The translations under genes and the position numbers were made by a program. Below, piece after piece: positions 10,801 through 21,009 of a DNA stretch of 64,000 nucleotides. Numbering within the stretch: position 1 is the first letter of the stretch; every line of letters starts with the position of its first letter. This DNA is from an uncultured Verrucomicrobiae bacterium (GTDB lineage Bacteria > Verrucomicrobiota > Verrucomicrobiia > Limisphaerales > Palsa-1400), in NCBI GenBank assembly GCA_963764165.1, contig CAVXRD010000002.1, forward strand, positions 2,112,001 to 2,176,000, read 5' to 3'. Below the pieces are notes generated by a model, which was given only the letters and a program-made list of their open reading frames with translations, was not told the origin of the DNA and searched no databases.

Positions 10801-13800
10801 CTCCTTCCACCGCCGTCCTCGGCACAACCAACTTGCTGGAAGGACCCAGCGAGGGAAGCGATAGTGTTGTTCTTGCTGCAAGCCCGCCAACGGTCGTTTG
10901 GACGGCCACGGCGAATGCCGACTGGCTCCATCTGAGCGCCGCCAATCAAAGCGGCGTAGGCAGCACGAACCTGGTTTTTAGCTTCGATGCCAATCCTGTC
11001 GCGACGCGGACTGGCACTATCGGCATAGAAGGCCAAACACTCACTGTTACCCAAGCCGGGGCAACGTATGTTAAGGCTGGCACTGTGACAGAGTTAGTTT
11101 CTTCGGGGTTGGATGCGCCGTACGGGGTTGCGGTGGGCGGGACGGGTGCTGTCTATATCGCCGATACTTTCAACAGCGCCATCAAATTGTGGACGTCAGC
11201 CAGCAACTCCGTTACCACGCTAATCTCATCCGGACTAAACGAACCCTCTGGCGTGGCGGTGAGCGGTGCGGGCGACGTCTATTTTTCCGATACTTACAAT
11301 CAGGATGTCAAAGAATGGAGGGCGGGCAACAATACTGTGATTCTCTTGGTTTCCTCCGGCTTGGACTATCCTATTGGCACGGCGGTGGATCGCTCGGGCA
11401 ATGTTTTCTTCTCCGATTCCGGCCATGGCTCGGTCAAAGAGTGGTCAGCTATCAATAGCAATGTGACCACGTTAATTTCCTCGGGCTTGGATTATCCGGC
11501 AGGAGTGGCGGTGGACGCCGCGGGCAACATCTATATCGCTGACATTTATAACGGCGCGATCAAGGAATGGAACGCTGGCGGCGGCAACGTGGTTCCGCTG
11601 GTGGTTTCTGGCTTGTCGGATCCGTTCGGCGTGGCGGTGGACGGGTCGGGCAACGTCTATTTTGCTGACACCGGCAATCAGGCAATCAAGGAATGGTCGC
11701 CTGCCAACAATAGCGTAACCAATCTGATTTCCACGGGATTGTCTTTTCCTTATGGCGTGGCGGTGGATGGCGCGGGCAATGTTTATATCGCTGATACCGA
11801 TAATCAGGCGATCAAGGAACTGCCGCGCGCCTTTGTGGATCCGACGCCGAGATTAGAAACCCTTGCCGCTGGCAGCGACGTTTTGCCGCAAGTGCTGCCG
11901 GCCTGCGCAAATCTTCTCGCGCCCTTCGCCCCGACGAGCGACCAACCGTGGCTGACGATCACCGGCGTAACCAACGGCGTGGTTGGTTTTTCTTTTGCCC
12001 CTACCGATGCCAGCCGCACGGCTCATATCACCTTGCTGGGGCAAAGCATTCCCATCGTGCAGTCGACTGGCACCCCGCCAATTCTGGGCAGCGTCCAAGT
12101 CACCATCAGCCCCCTGGCAGCGATCGCCGCCGGAGCACAGTGGCAAGTGGATGGCGGAGCATCGCAAGCCAGCGGAGCTACAGTGTCCAATTTGTCCGTC
12201 GGAAGCCATACCATAAGCTTCAGCGGCATCAGCGGCTGGACGACGCCCGCCAGTGAAACGGTTTCCATTAGCTCGAAATCAACAGTCACCGCCAGCGGCA
12301 TCTATGTTCAGCAATTCGGCTCGTTGCAAGTTACTATCAGCCCTCCGGCAGCGATCACCGCCGGGGCGCAGTGGCAGGTGGATGGGGGAGCATTGCAAAA
12401 TAGCGGAACAACAATGACCAATTTGCCCCTGGGGAACCACACCGTAGGTTTCAGCGCCATCAGCGGCTGGACGTCGCCCGCCAGTGAAACGGTTTCCCTC
12501 AGCGCGAATTCAACCGTCACCGCCAATGGCATCTATGTTCAGCAATTCGGCTCATTGCAAGTTACTATCAGCCCTCCGGCAGCGATCACCGCCGGGGCGC
12601 AGTGGCAGGTGGATGGGGGAGCGTTTCAGAATAGCGGAGCAACAATGACCAATTTGTCCCTGGGGAACCACACCGTAGGTTTCAGCGCCACCAGCGGCTG
12701 GACGACGCCCGCCAATGAAACGGTTTCCCTCAGCGCGAATTCAACCGTCACCGCCAATGGCATCTACGTTCAGCAATTCGGCTCGTTGCAAGTCACTATC
12801 GGCCCTCCGGCAGCAATCTCCGCTGGGGCGCAATGGCAGGTGGATGGGGGAGCAGCGCAAAACAGCGGAGCGACAGTGTCCAACTTATCCGCGGGAAACC
12901 ATGCCATAAGCTTCAGCGCCATCAGCGGCTGGACAACGCCCGCCGATCAAATGGTTTCGATAAGATCTAATTTGCAAACCACAGCCACCGGAACCTATGT
13001 GCAGGAGGTCGGGACGTTGAGCGTGAGCATCGACCCGGCGGCGGCTATTAGTGCCGGCGCACGATGGCAAGTGGATGCGGGAACGCCCCAGAGCAGTGGC
13101 GCCACAGTGTCCAATTTAGCTGTGGGAAGCCACATTGTATCGTTTACGTCGGTGGGCGCATGGGACACTCCGTCCAATCAAATTGTCGCAATCGTTGATG
13201 GGCAGACCCACACTGCGAGCGGCGTTTACACACCTGCTTATGGATCATCCAATGGAGTGACTCTGCTGACGAACGGCTATGGAACCATTGAACTTCCGAA
13301 GAAACTGGTAATCGGCAAAAAATACACGGCAACGGCCGTTCCCAAGCCCAAAAATGTTTTCAGCAGCTGGACGGGAGGGACGTTTCCGCCCTACATCCAA
13401 CTGAGCACATCAGCCAGCTACACGTTTACGAACGAGGCGAACCTGGTCTTGGAAGCCAGCTTCATGACCAATGTTTACCTGGAAGCTCAGGGCTCGTATC
13501 GAGGCCTTTTCGCCCCGGCGAACTCCCCGCGGCAGCAGACCAATTCCGGATCGTTCTTGTTCAGCATGGCAAGCAGCGGCGCGCTCTCCGGCAAACTTAA
13601 TCTAGCTGGCCAAACTGTATCACTCTCTGGAAAGCTCGGACGGGACGGCGCGATAAACATCGTTTCCAAACGCGCTCACGGTGAGCCTTCGTTGACCACG
13701 GCCCTGCAATGGGATTTCTCTGGCCAGACCGTCAGTGGCACCATCAGTGACGGCGGCTTCACCGCCCAATTAAACGGCAACCGGGCCACCTTCAGCAGCG

Positions 13801-14609
13801 CAAATAAAGCGACCATGATTAAAGGCCAATACACAGTTATCATTCCTGGCGCCAACAATCCCACTGTCGGCCCCGGCGGCGTTAGTTATGGAACAGTCAA
13901 AGTAGACGATTTGGGCAACATTACGCTATTGGGCAGCCTGGCGGATGGAACGGCGCTCAGCCAATCGAGCGGGGTGACGCAGGACGGCTTTTGGCCATTG
14001 TACGTGAACCTCTATGGTGGCAAAGGATCATTGTGGGGCTGGGGTTGCTTCACCAATGGCGCCGTGGTCAGCGCTTATCCCTTCAGTTGGATCAACGCGA
14101 CCAATTCCTCCAAAACGGCGGCGAATCGATCGGGATTTACCAATCCAGCGGCGATGCTCGAAGGTGGAATCTACGCTTCGACCAACCCGTGGCCGGGCAA
14201 TCTGACAGCGATTTTGGACGGAGGCGGATTGATGGTCGGAATTACCAACGGAATCACGAATTCAACCGCAGACAGGATCAGCCTTACGAACAAATTTAGC
14301 GAAACCAACAAATTGAAGTTGACGATCACCAAGGCCACTCGGCCTGTTGCCTTGTTGCCACCGCACAATTCGCCATATTCGCACAACAACATCACTCCAT
14401 TTCACGCAGATGCGGAATTACCCCGTGAACCCAAAAACCCTCGGAGAACATCTTCGCAAAAAGCGAATAGACCTGCATCTTTCCATGTCGCAACTGGCTT
14501 CCATGCTTGGAGTTGGAATTACCGTAACTGCAATCGAGAAATGGGAGAAGAACCTGAACCGACCGACGAACGAACACAAAAACCAAATCATCCAATTCAT
14601 CGGATTTGA
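7848..14609 (+). CDS. Giant secreted NHL-repeat/BACON-domain surface protein; native C-terminus apparently lost at ~14340
   Basis: Signal peptide AHA|Q; three blocks of NHL repeats (PxGVAVDxxGNVYIADT) flanked by BACON-like domains (WTA...WLHLS...DANPGxTRxGT); five 77-aa repeats; composition changes abruptly after ...LTITKAT. Confidence 0.8.
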   Translation: MISKIKLGRANITGFLIFALGWLAMSLAHAQITNYALGTTNLVVGPASGTNSVLLGVTPATATWTASATVSWLHLSLENQSGTGSTNLVFTFDANPGETRGGALTISGLTLIVTQAGSTYVAAGVVTALPIGGVECVAVDRAGDVYAGSCYAGGQAYGWPYGAIYEWRPTDNAVSTLFNAELYGVYGLAVDGPGNVYFSYDNYYSSGGVIDKLTASNSAISGFESGMNMPIGVALDATGNLFVADSGNNAIKEWAAVNNTAMTLVSSGLKTPQGVAVDAADNVYIADTGNNAIKEWLAADNTIITLVSSNLNGPESVAVDGAGNVYIADTGNYAIKKWSAANSQVSTLASGLSYPGGIAVDIQGNIYIADNTLPYYELEWEFGTPTSSGVVKELPRAFVDPNLRLESLAAGNDSLPAVLPATENLQGPFAPISHEAWLTITGITNGIVSFSFTASSSNRTGFITLLGQTIPVAQGAETFVYSLGTHALLEGPSAGSDSVALAVSPYFGPLNATANATWLHLSMANETCDGSTNVAFSYDANPGATRSGTLTIAGQTVTVTQAGSTYVAAGTVTLVSSGLGQPKGMAVDPAGNLYIADNVSNAVCKWSPADNSLTTLISSGLSEPAGLALDSSENLYIADYGDNAIKEWNQSSQSLTPLLTSGIYAPLGVGLDSANNVYTFYEIYYGAYALKEWIPGTGTLNTLIPSVLSNPFDLAFDVAGNAYISSSGNYAIYKWTAINSNLTTVYSSASANFSGIVVDGSGNVYVGDGASNVVWKWSAAQNAASPLVSSGLNIPLGLAMDSAENLYIADSLNAAIKELPHAFVDPTVRLEGATAGADALPVVLPATQNLLPPLAPASDRSWLTISGITNGVVSYSFSATTSNRTAHILLLGQSIPVTQTTNTYAFATNLIRESPIAGSDSVLLEVNPGTVAWTAAANVGWLHLSSASQSGIGSTYLVFSFDANPGTTRTGTITVAGQTLTVIQSPSTAVLGTTNLLEGPSEGSDSVVLAASPPTVVWTATANADWLHLSAANQSGVGSTNLVFSFDANPVATRTGTIGIEGQTLTVTQAGATYVKAGTVTELVSSGLDAPYGVAVGGTGAVYIADTFNSAIKLWTSASNSVTTLISSGLNEPSGVAVSGAGDVYFSDTYNQDVKEWRAGNNTVILLVSSGLDYPIGTAVDRSGNVFFSDSGHGSVKEWSAINSNVTTLISSGLDYPAGVAVDAAGNIYIADIYNGAIKEWNAGGGNVVPLVVSGLSDPFGVAVDGSGNVYFADTGNQAIKEWSPANNSVTNLISTGLSFPYGVAVDGAGNVYIADTDNQAIKELPRAFVDPTPRLETLAAGSDVLPQVLPACANLLAPFAPTSDQPWLTITGVTNGVVGFSFAPTDASRTAHITLLGQSIPIVQSTGTPPILGSVQVTISPLAAIAAGAQWQVDGGASQASGATVSNLSVGSHTISFSGISGWTTPASETVSISSKSTVTASGIYVQQFGSLQVTISPPAAITAGAQWQVDGGALQNSGTTMTNLPLGNHTVGFSAISGWTSPASETVSLSANSTVTANGIYVQQFGSLQVTISPPAAITAGAQWQVDGGAFQNSGATMTNLSLGNHTVGFSATSGWTTPANETVSLSANSTVTANGIYVQQFGSLQVTIGPPAAISAGAQWQVDGGAAQNSGATVSNLSAGNHAISFSAISGWTTPADQMVSIRSNLQTTATGTYVQEVGTLSVSIDPAAAISAGARWQVDAGTPQSSGATVSNLAVGSHIVSFTSVGAWDTPSNQIVAIVDGQTHTASGVYTPAYGSSNGVTLLTNGYGTIELPKKLVIGKKYTATAVPKPKNVFSSWTGGTFPPYIQLSTSASYTFTNEANLVLEASFMTNVYLEAQGSYRGLFAPANSPRQQTNSGSFLFSMASSGALSGKLNLAGQTVSLSGKLGRDGAINIVSKRAHGEPSLTTALQWDFSGQTVSGTISDGGFTAQLNGNRATFSSANKATMIKGQYTVIIPGANNPTVGPGGVSYGTVKVDDLGNITLLGSLADGTALSQSSGVTQDGFWPLYVNLYGGKGSLWGWGCFTNGAVVSAYPFSWINATNSSKTAANRSGFTNPAAMLEGGIYASTNPWPGNLTAILDGGGLMVGITNGITNSTADRISLTNKFSETNKLKLTITKATRPVALLPPHNSPYSHNNITPFHADAELPREPKNPRRTSSQKANRPASFHVATGFHAWSWNYRNCNREMGEEPEPTDERTQKPNHPIHRI
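12087..13240 (+). repeat. Five tandem 231-bp (77-aa) intragenic repeats, GSLQVTISPPAAITAGAQWQVDGG...
   Basis: cagcaattcggctc recurs at 12309, 12540 and 12771; the central units are nearly identical at DNA level. Confidence 0.9.
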
Positions 14610-14646
14610 CCCGGCGACCGCAAAATCGACAGGCGCATCACGTTGA
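14410..14646 (+). CDS. XRE-family HTH protein (mobile-element remnant, possibly 5'-truncated)
   Basis: YPVNPKTLGEHLRKKRIDLHLSMSQLASMLGV...IEKWEKNLNRP, an HTH_3-like pattern; lies in a different frame under the read-through tail of the giant ORF. Confidence 0.7.
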   Translation: MRNYPVNPKTLGEHLRKKRIDLHLSMSQLASMLGVGITVTAIEKWEKNLNRPTNEHKNQIIQFIGFDPATAKSTGASR

Positions 14647-14689
14647 TTTACCCGTTGGGATTTTGCCAAAGCTGTCTCCTTTGATGACC

Positions 14690-14723
14690 CTGAGTACGAG
14701 CGTTCGATTCCCTTCACCCTCCA
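14690..14723 (+). pseudogene. tRNA-Gly 3'-end fragment (att-site scar)
   Basis: CTGAGTACGAGCGTTCGATTCCCTTCACCCTCCA resembles the tRNA-Gly T-arm and acceptor 3' strand (GAGGGTTCGATTCCCTTCACCCGCTCCA); no 5' half upstream. Confidence 0.6.
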
Positions 14724-15138
14724 TTCTCACCTCTATTGCTGATAATTAAGCACTTGCAACAATTCAACCGCTTGCGAGGCTCACGAAAGTGAGAACAAAA
14801 GTGAGAATGTTGCGTTCGATATTATGGGGATAATCAGTTGGAATTCTCTGCTTTTAAATAGCTTCCCTCATCTCAAAATGTTTTCAAAATGAGAATGAAG
14901 GGAGATGTATTCTGCTCGATAACAGCGAGAAAGAAACCAATAGTGGAAGCATTCGTTTTCTGTCGCCGACACACAATCAGGATTGCAACGGCTATGGAAA
15001 TCTTATCCAAACCAGGCAATCCGTCCTGAAACCGCCTGACCAGATCTCGCCCCTTTACCGGGACTTTTGAGAGTATTTCGTGGCGCAGTCGCAAACAACG
15101 GACTATTTTCCACGAAATTCACACGCCGAACGAAAAAT

Positions 15139-16350
15139 ATGAATAACGTCACGCACAATTCCGAACCATCTGCCGGATGCGAATTGAAGGTTCTCCTGGT
15201 GGATGACGATCATGGCATGCTGACGACATGCGAGCGCAGCCTGCGGTCCCAGTTTTGCGTCGAAACTGCCGAGAGCGGCCTGGCTGCGCTGACCAAAATG
15301 GCCGAATCCGGCCCTTATGCGGTAGTGCTGGCCGACCGGGACATGCCAGGAATGGATGGAGTGGAGTTGCTGCGAAAAGTGCGAGACCGCTGGCCAGAGA
15401 CTGTGCGCATGATGCTGACAGGAAACGCCGACCTTGACTTGGTCATCCGCTTGGTGAACGAAAACAACATCTTCCGTTTTCTCACCAAACCATGTCCGAC
15501 CCAGTTCATTGTCAAGGCGCTGAACGACTCGCTGAAGCTCTATCAACTTGCTGTGGCAGAGAAGGAACTTCTTAACAAAACGCTCAGCGGCAGCATCAAG
15601 CTCTTGACAGACATATTGTCCATGGTGGAATCGCCGTTTTTCAGCCAGCCGCAGTACTTGCGGGATGCCATAACGGGCTCCATCCAAAGGATCGGGTTGG
15701 AGAATGCCTGGGAAGTGAACCTGGCCGTAATGCTGGCCTCGATAGGAAACATCACCATTCCGGCAGAAACGCTGGTGCGGGCGCGGACGGGACAGCCCCT
15801 TTCAAATGCAGAGCAGGGAATGCTGTCGAATCTCCCCGAAACATCAAGCCGACTGCTGGCAAACATTCCAAGGCTGGAGGGTGTGGCAAGGATTGTGCGC
15901 TTTCAAAACAAATGTTTCGACGGGACGGGGGTTCCATCGGAAGGGGGCGCGGGCAACGACATCCCGGCAGGGGCCCGGCTGCTGAAAATCATCCTCGACT
16001 TTATGGATTTACATCGGGCCACGTCGCAAGACGATTCAGCCTTCGGCATCCTGCGCGGACGGCAAGGGGTCTATGATCCTGCGCTCCTGGCGGCGTTCCA
16101 AGAGGCTTTTGAGCACAAGTCGAGAGGTTCTGCACCACCGGTTCTTGTAACACTTTCGGTGTCCGTCAAAGAGTTGGAGGTGGGTATGCGACTCCGCTCC
16201 AATGTCGAAACGAAGAACGGGATGCTTGTTTTGGCATCAGACCATCAGATCACCCCAATGATATTGGAAAAGATCCGCAATTTCGAAAGTGTCGTTGGCC
16301 TCAAGGGGCCAATCCTGGTTGAACGTCTTAAAACGCCGAACGACGGCTAA
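15139..16350 (+). CDS. Response regulator, REC plus degenerate HD/HD-GYP-like domain
   Basis: VLLVDDD, DRDMPGMDG, MLTG, FLTKP; output region has ASIG at the HDIG position plus IPAGARLLKI and YDP. Confidence 0.85.
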   Translation: MNNVTHNSEPSAGCELKVLLVDDDHGMLTTCERSLRSQFCVETAESGLAALTKMAESGPYAVVLADRDMPGMDGVELLRKVRDRWPETVRMMLTGNADLDLVIRLVNENNIFRFLTKPCPTQFIVKALNDSLKLYQLAVAEKELLNKTLSGSIKLLTDILSMVESPFFSQPQYLRDAITGSIQRIGLENAWEVNLAVMLASIGNITIPAETLVRARTGQPLSNAEQGMLSNLPETSSRLLANIPRLEGVARIVRFQNKCFDGTGVPSEGGAGNDIPAGARLLKIILDFMDLHRATSQDDSAFGILRGRQGVYDPALLAAFQEAFEHKSRGSAPPVLVTLSVSVKELEVGMRLRSNVETKNGMLVLASDHQITPMILEKIRNFESVVGLKGPILVERLKTPNDG

Positions 16351-16382
16351 GGGGGACCGCTCAAAGGTGCAAAGCGAGAGTC

Positions 16383-19300
16383 CTAACTTTCATCCAGGAG
16401 GTCGCGGAGCGCTTTTAGCATAGTTTCTGCTGTGTAGGGCTTGGGTATGAAATGGCGGAGGCCGGCGCTAACTGCCTTCGCATTTCCTCCCTTGGTAGAA
16501 AGCCCGCTGGAACCGATGACGCGAACGGCGGGGTTGATTGCTTTTAGCGCCACAATAAGGGCTGGGCCATCCATCACCGGCATAGCCATATCCGTTAAAA
16601 CGAGGGCAATTTTGCCTCGAAGCTGGGCGTATAAGGCAATCGCTTCCGCGCCGTTGGCTGCGACAATGACCGAGTATCCGAACGCTTCAAGCGTGGATTT
16701 CGCGACCTCCCGAATGCTCTCCTCGTCGTCGACCACCAGAATTAACTCGCCTTTGCCCCGGGGCAAACAAGCGTCCTGGTCAAATTTTTCGTCGCGCGCC
16801 GCCCCGGAAGGATCGGCAGGAAGGTACACCTCGAACTTGGTGCCGTCTCCGAGTTTGCTGTCAAGACTGATAAAGCCGCCGTGGCTCTTTACGATGGCCA
16901 TGGTGGTGGAGAGACCAAGTCCGGTTCCCTTGCCCACTTCTTTCGTCGTAAAGAAAGGCTCAAAAATGCGCTCTTTAATCTCAAATGGTATGCCAAGTCC
17001 GGTGTCCTTCACTATTATGACCACGTAGGGTCCCGGAGAAGAGCCGGGTTGCAGTCCCGCAAAAGTGTTGTCAACCACAGTGTTTTCCGCGCCCAGCGTG
17101 AGCTTTCCTCCGTTGGGCATGGCATCCCGGGCATTGACTGCCAAGTTCAAAATCACTTGATGAATTTGGGTCGGATCTCCCTTGACGCTCCATATTGAGG
17201 CCGGCCGAATGTAATTAATGCTAATATCCTTGGGGAAGGTTTCTTGCATAACCTTCGCAAGGTCACCCATCAAATGCGAGACGTTCACTCTGATCCGCGC
17301 TCCCTGAATTCCACGCGCAAATGAAAGCACTTGTTTGACTAAATCGGCCCCGCGCTGTGCGCTGTTCATCAGCGTCTCGAGCAGTTTCTGATCTTCCCTC
17401 GTTGTGGCGACGCTCTTCAGAATTTCGATCGACATCAGTATCGGAGCCAGCACATTGTTGAGGTCGTGGGCGATGCCGCCGGCCAGGGTTCCGATGCTCT
17501 CCATCCGCTGGGAGCGGAGGAACTGGGCCTCCAATTTCTTCTTCTCGGTGATGTCCGAGTTGATTCCAAGAATGGACTTGGGTCGGCCGTCGGGATCACA
17601 AACGAGGGTCCAACTCACTTGCACGTCGATTTCCTTGCCGTCCTTCCGCAATTTTTGCAACTCGCCCTCCCAGTTCCCTTTCTTTATCACCTCCGCTCGG
17701 GCTCTTTCGTATTGGGCCGTATCGAGATAAATAAAGCTAGTTGAGTCGCGCCCGATCACTTCGTCGGCTGACCAGCCGTAAAGCCGCTCCGCGCCCTTGT
17801 TCCAATACGAAATTTTCCCGTCGAGATCGCGGACAATAATTGCTTCATGAGCCGCATCCAGCAGGGCTGCCTGCTCGCGCATCTGGCGGTCAGCCTTTTG
17901 ACGTTCCAATTCAGAGGACGCCCTTGCGGCAAAAATTTGCAAAGTGGACAGAGTAAATTGCTCTCCCACCGCCGGTTTTTGAAAAAAGACGCCGATCAAG
18001 CCAATGACGGCGCCTTGCGCGTCGAAAAGCGGTGTTCCCGCGTAGGCCTGAAGGTCGCGCGCAGCCAGCATTGGGTCATTTGGAAATTGCGCCTGCAGAT
18101 TTTGTGGAATCAAACACGCCCGTCCGCGCGCCACTTGTTCACTCGGCGTGCCAGCCAGCGTGTAATCGAAGTTGTCGATTCCTCCACTTTGCATCATCAC
18201 TGACACAGTCCGCGCGACGGCGCCTTGCGGGGATTCCAAGGTGGCAATCAATGCGGCGTCCGCGTCGAGAGCTTGAATGATGTGTCGATTCAGACTGGTG
18301 AAGAATGCGCGGCCCATCGAAGCGGATACACCTCGCGCAATCGCCAGCACAGCCTCTTGTAGCTTTTGCTTTTCGGCCCCAGAGCGCAATGTCTGAATGC
18401 CGAATGCGAGGTCTTCGGCCAGTTCTCGCAATAATTGCAATTCTTCGGGCGGGGGCTGAATAATTTCGCTGGAATAGAGCGCGAGCAGGCCGGTGGTTTG
18501 TTCATTCACCTTCAACGGCAGACAAATAAGGCCGCGATAACCTCTCTTTTTGGCTGCTTCAACCCAGAAGAATCCGGGATCGGCCTCCACATCTTCGCAT
18601 CTGACAATTTGATTTCCGCGAATCGTTCGACCGGCAGGCCCTTGGCCGGACGGATGGTCGGTTCGCCACGAAAGGTTTATTTCCGACAGGTAGCCATCTT
18701 CAACTCCAGCCCACGCAACGGGCCGGATCGATCGCATTTCATCGTGTTCGGCGTAGCCGACCCATGCCATGCGATAGCCGCCCTCCTCGACCGCAATTTG
18801 GCAAATCCGCTTAAGCAAGGAATCCTCTGCCTCGGCATGAATGAGCGCCTCATTGCAGGCACTGAGCATTTTCAGGGACCTGTTTGTCCGCCGGATTTGA
18901 ATCTCCGCGCTCTTTAGGTCGTCGATATCGGTGCATGTGCCGAACCATTTCAACACCTTGCCGTCGGCATCCCTTTGGGCTTCGCCTCGGATGAGCCACC
19001 ACCTGTAAACGCCATCCGCGCGGCGGAGGCGGCATTCGAGACCGTACTTGCCAATGGTGGCTGTGGCGTGCTGCCACGCATCCCACGCCCTTTGGCGGTC
19101 TTCTGGATGGAACGGTTTGATCCATCCATGGCCCAAGCTCTCTTCCAAGGTTAAACCGGTGTAATCTATCCATTGCTGGTTAAAATAGATATTGGAGCCG
19201 TCCGGCCGGGTGGCCCAAACGATTTGCGGCATAACCGCCGCCAAGGAGCGGAATTCCGCATCGCTCGCACGCTGTGCCGCTTCCGCTCGTTTCCGCTCGG

Positions 19301-21009
19301 TTACGTCAAGCGACATCACCAGCCTAGCTGCCCTGCCGTCGAAAACGATGCGGTCGGACGTGACTTCGACGTCTATGATCGTGCCGTCCTTTTTGCGGTG
19401 TCGCCACGTCCCAAGGTCCTTGCCTTTCCCTGCTGATTGGAGCAAGTCCCGTTCTAAGGCGGGGACATCTTCTGCGGGCCGAATGCTCTTGATGGTGGTG
19501 GCCAAAAACTCTTGCTCCGAATAGCCGTAACCGATCACTGCCGCGTCGTTGACTGCCAGAAAACGGAGCGTCTCCAGATCATAAACCCACATAGGCTGGG
19601 GGTTGTTTTGAAAAAGGATTCGGGTACTGCGCCTCGGAGACGCGGAGCTGATCCACGGCGCGCTGCCGTTCCGTTTCCAATCGCATGTGCTGGGTCAGGT
19701 CGATGAATGCCACCACCGCGCCTGAGATCGCGCCCGAGTCACCTTGCATCGGCGAAGATACAAAGGCGACGGGGAAGCTGGTTCCATTCTTTCGAAAAAA
19801 AAGTTCCTCATTGCTGTAACGCACCTGGCCATCCGCGAGGGTGCGGGACATTGGACATTCCTCGTCGGGATAAATACTGCCGCTGGCTCTATGATGGTGA
19901 ATGGTTGAATGGGCGTGTAGGCCAATAAGCTCCTTTTCCAAGTAACCCAGCATCGTGCGCGCCGCGCGATTTTCAAATGTGATCCTGCCGTCCTGATCCA
20001 CGCCGAGAATCCCTTCGCCAATGGATGCGAGGATCAACTCCCGCTGGCGTTGAACCGCCGCCAGCGCGGCATCGGCATGCTTGCGTTCGGTGATGTCGTG
20101 CATCACCGCAACGGCGCCTAGCAGATTATGTTGGGCGTCAAAAAACGGGCGGCAATCCCCCAGAATGTGCCGCGGCGGCCATCCTTTTTTCACGATGGTC
20201 ATTTCTGCGGCGCGGACAGTTTCACCGCGATAGGCTCGGTTCAGCGGAATCAAATCCGGTGTCAAAGGCGTGACCCCGTCGGGACCATACAGACTGTAAT
20301 AGCCGGCCCATTTCTCAGCGGGTATGTCAGTCGGATCCAAGCCATGCCAGTTCCTGGCCACCTCGTTGAATAGCACGAGCTTCCCGCTGGCGTCGCAGGC
20401 CACCACTCCATCGGCGATGTTGTTCAAGACCGCCTGCGAAAACTCATGTTCCATCTGAAGCGCCGCCTCCGCTCGTTTCTGCTCTGTGATGTTAATGTGC
20501 ATCACCACTGCGCCCGTCTCCGGCTTTTCCGACAAGGCCGTGATCATCAGTCGAAACCAACGTTTTTCGCTGAGGGAATGGCACGGATACTCCAGCGCAA
20601 ACTCCTTCGCCTGGCGCCTTAAAATACGGCGCAACGCAGCGGCCACGGCTCTTGCTTCCTCTGCACCTTCGCCCTGCGCCTTTTCGCAGACTTCGGCATA
20701 GTTCTGGCCAACAAAGAAATCCGTACTGTTCAAAATGTTGGCACTGGCGAAGGTCTTCCAAGCCTCATTGACCGACAAAATGACGCCATCGGAATCCAAA
20801 ATTGCGATATGCGCGGGCAGCGCGTTCAGTATGTCCGATTGAATTTCCGCCGGCGCGCGATGCGCATGCTCGTTGTTGCTCGAAGCGAAAAGGGTGTTGG
20901 GCTTGCCGCGGTCCAATGCTTGCAGCTCCTGCTCCGCCGCACGGATGACGCGCCGCAGTTCGGCGATTCGTGCCTCTCGGGGGGCGTCAGGTGGCTGGCT
21001 GCTGCTCAT
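16383..21009 (-). CDS. Hybrid sensor histidine kinase (about 5 PAS, 2 GAF, PAS, HisKA, HATPase, REC), split by a +1 frameshift near 19622
   Basis: ORFs 19579-21009 and 16383-19592 join as EAQYRILFQNNPQPMWVYD if one C is removed from TACCCGA; H-box GIAHDLNN, NLAVNARDA, GKGTGLGL, C-terminal REC. ATG 21009 overlaps the kaiB stop. Confidence 0.85.

Noticed and set aside
12087..13240. 231-bp repeats as a DGR template/variable pair
   Set aside because: In-frame domain repeats; differences are not visibly adenine-specific and there is no reverse transcriptase in the window.
14690..14723. A complete tRNA-Gly gene
   Set aside because: No D-arm, anticodon arm or pairing 5' acceptor strand, and the T-stem has a mismatch; kept only as a fragment.
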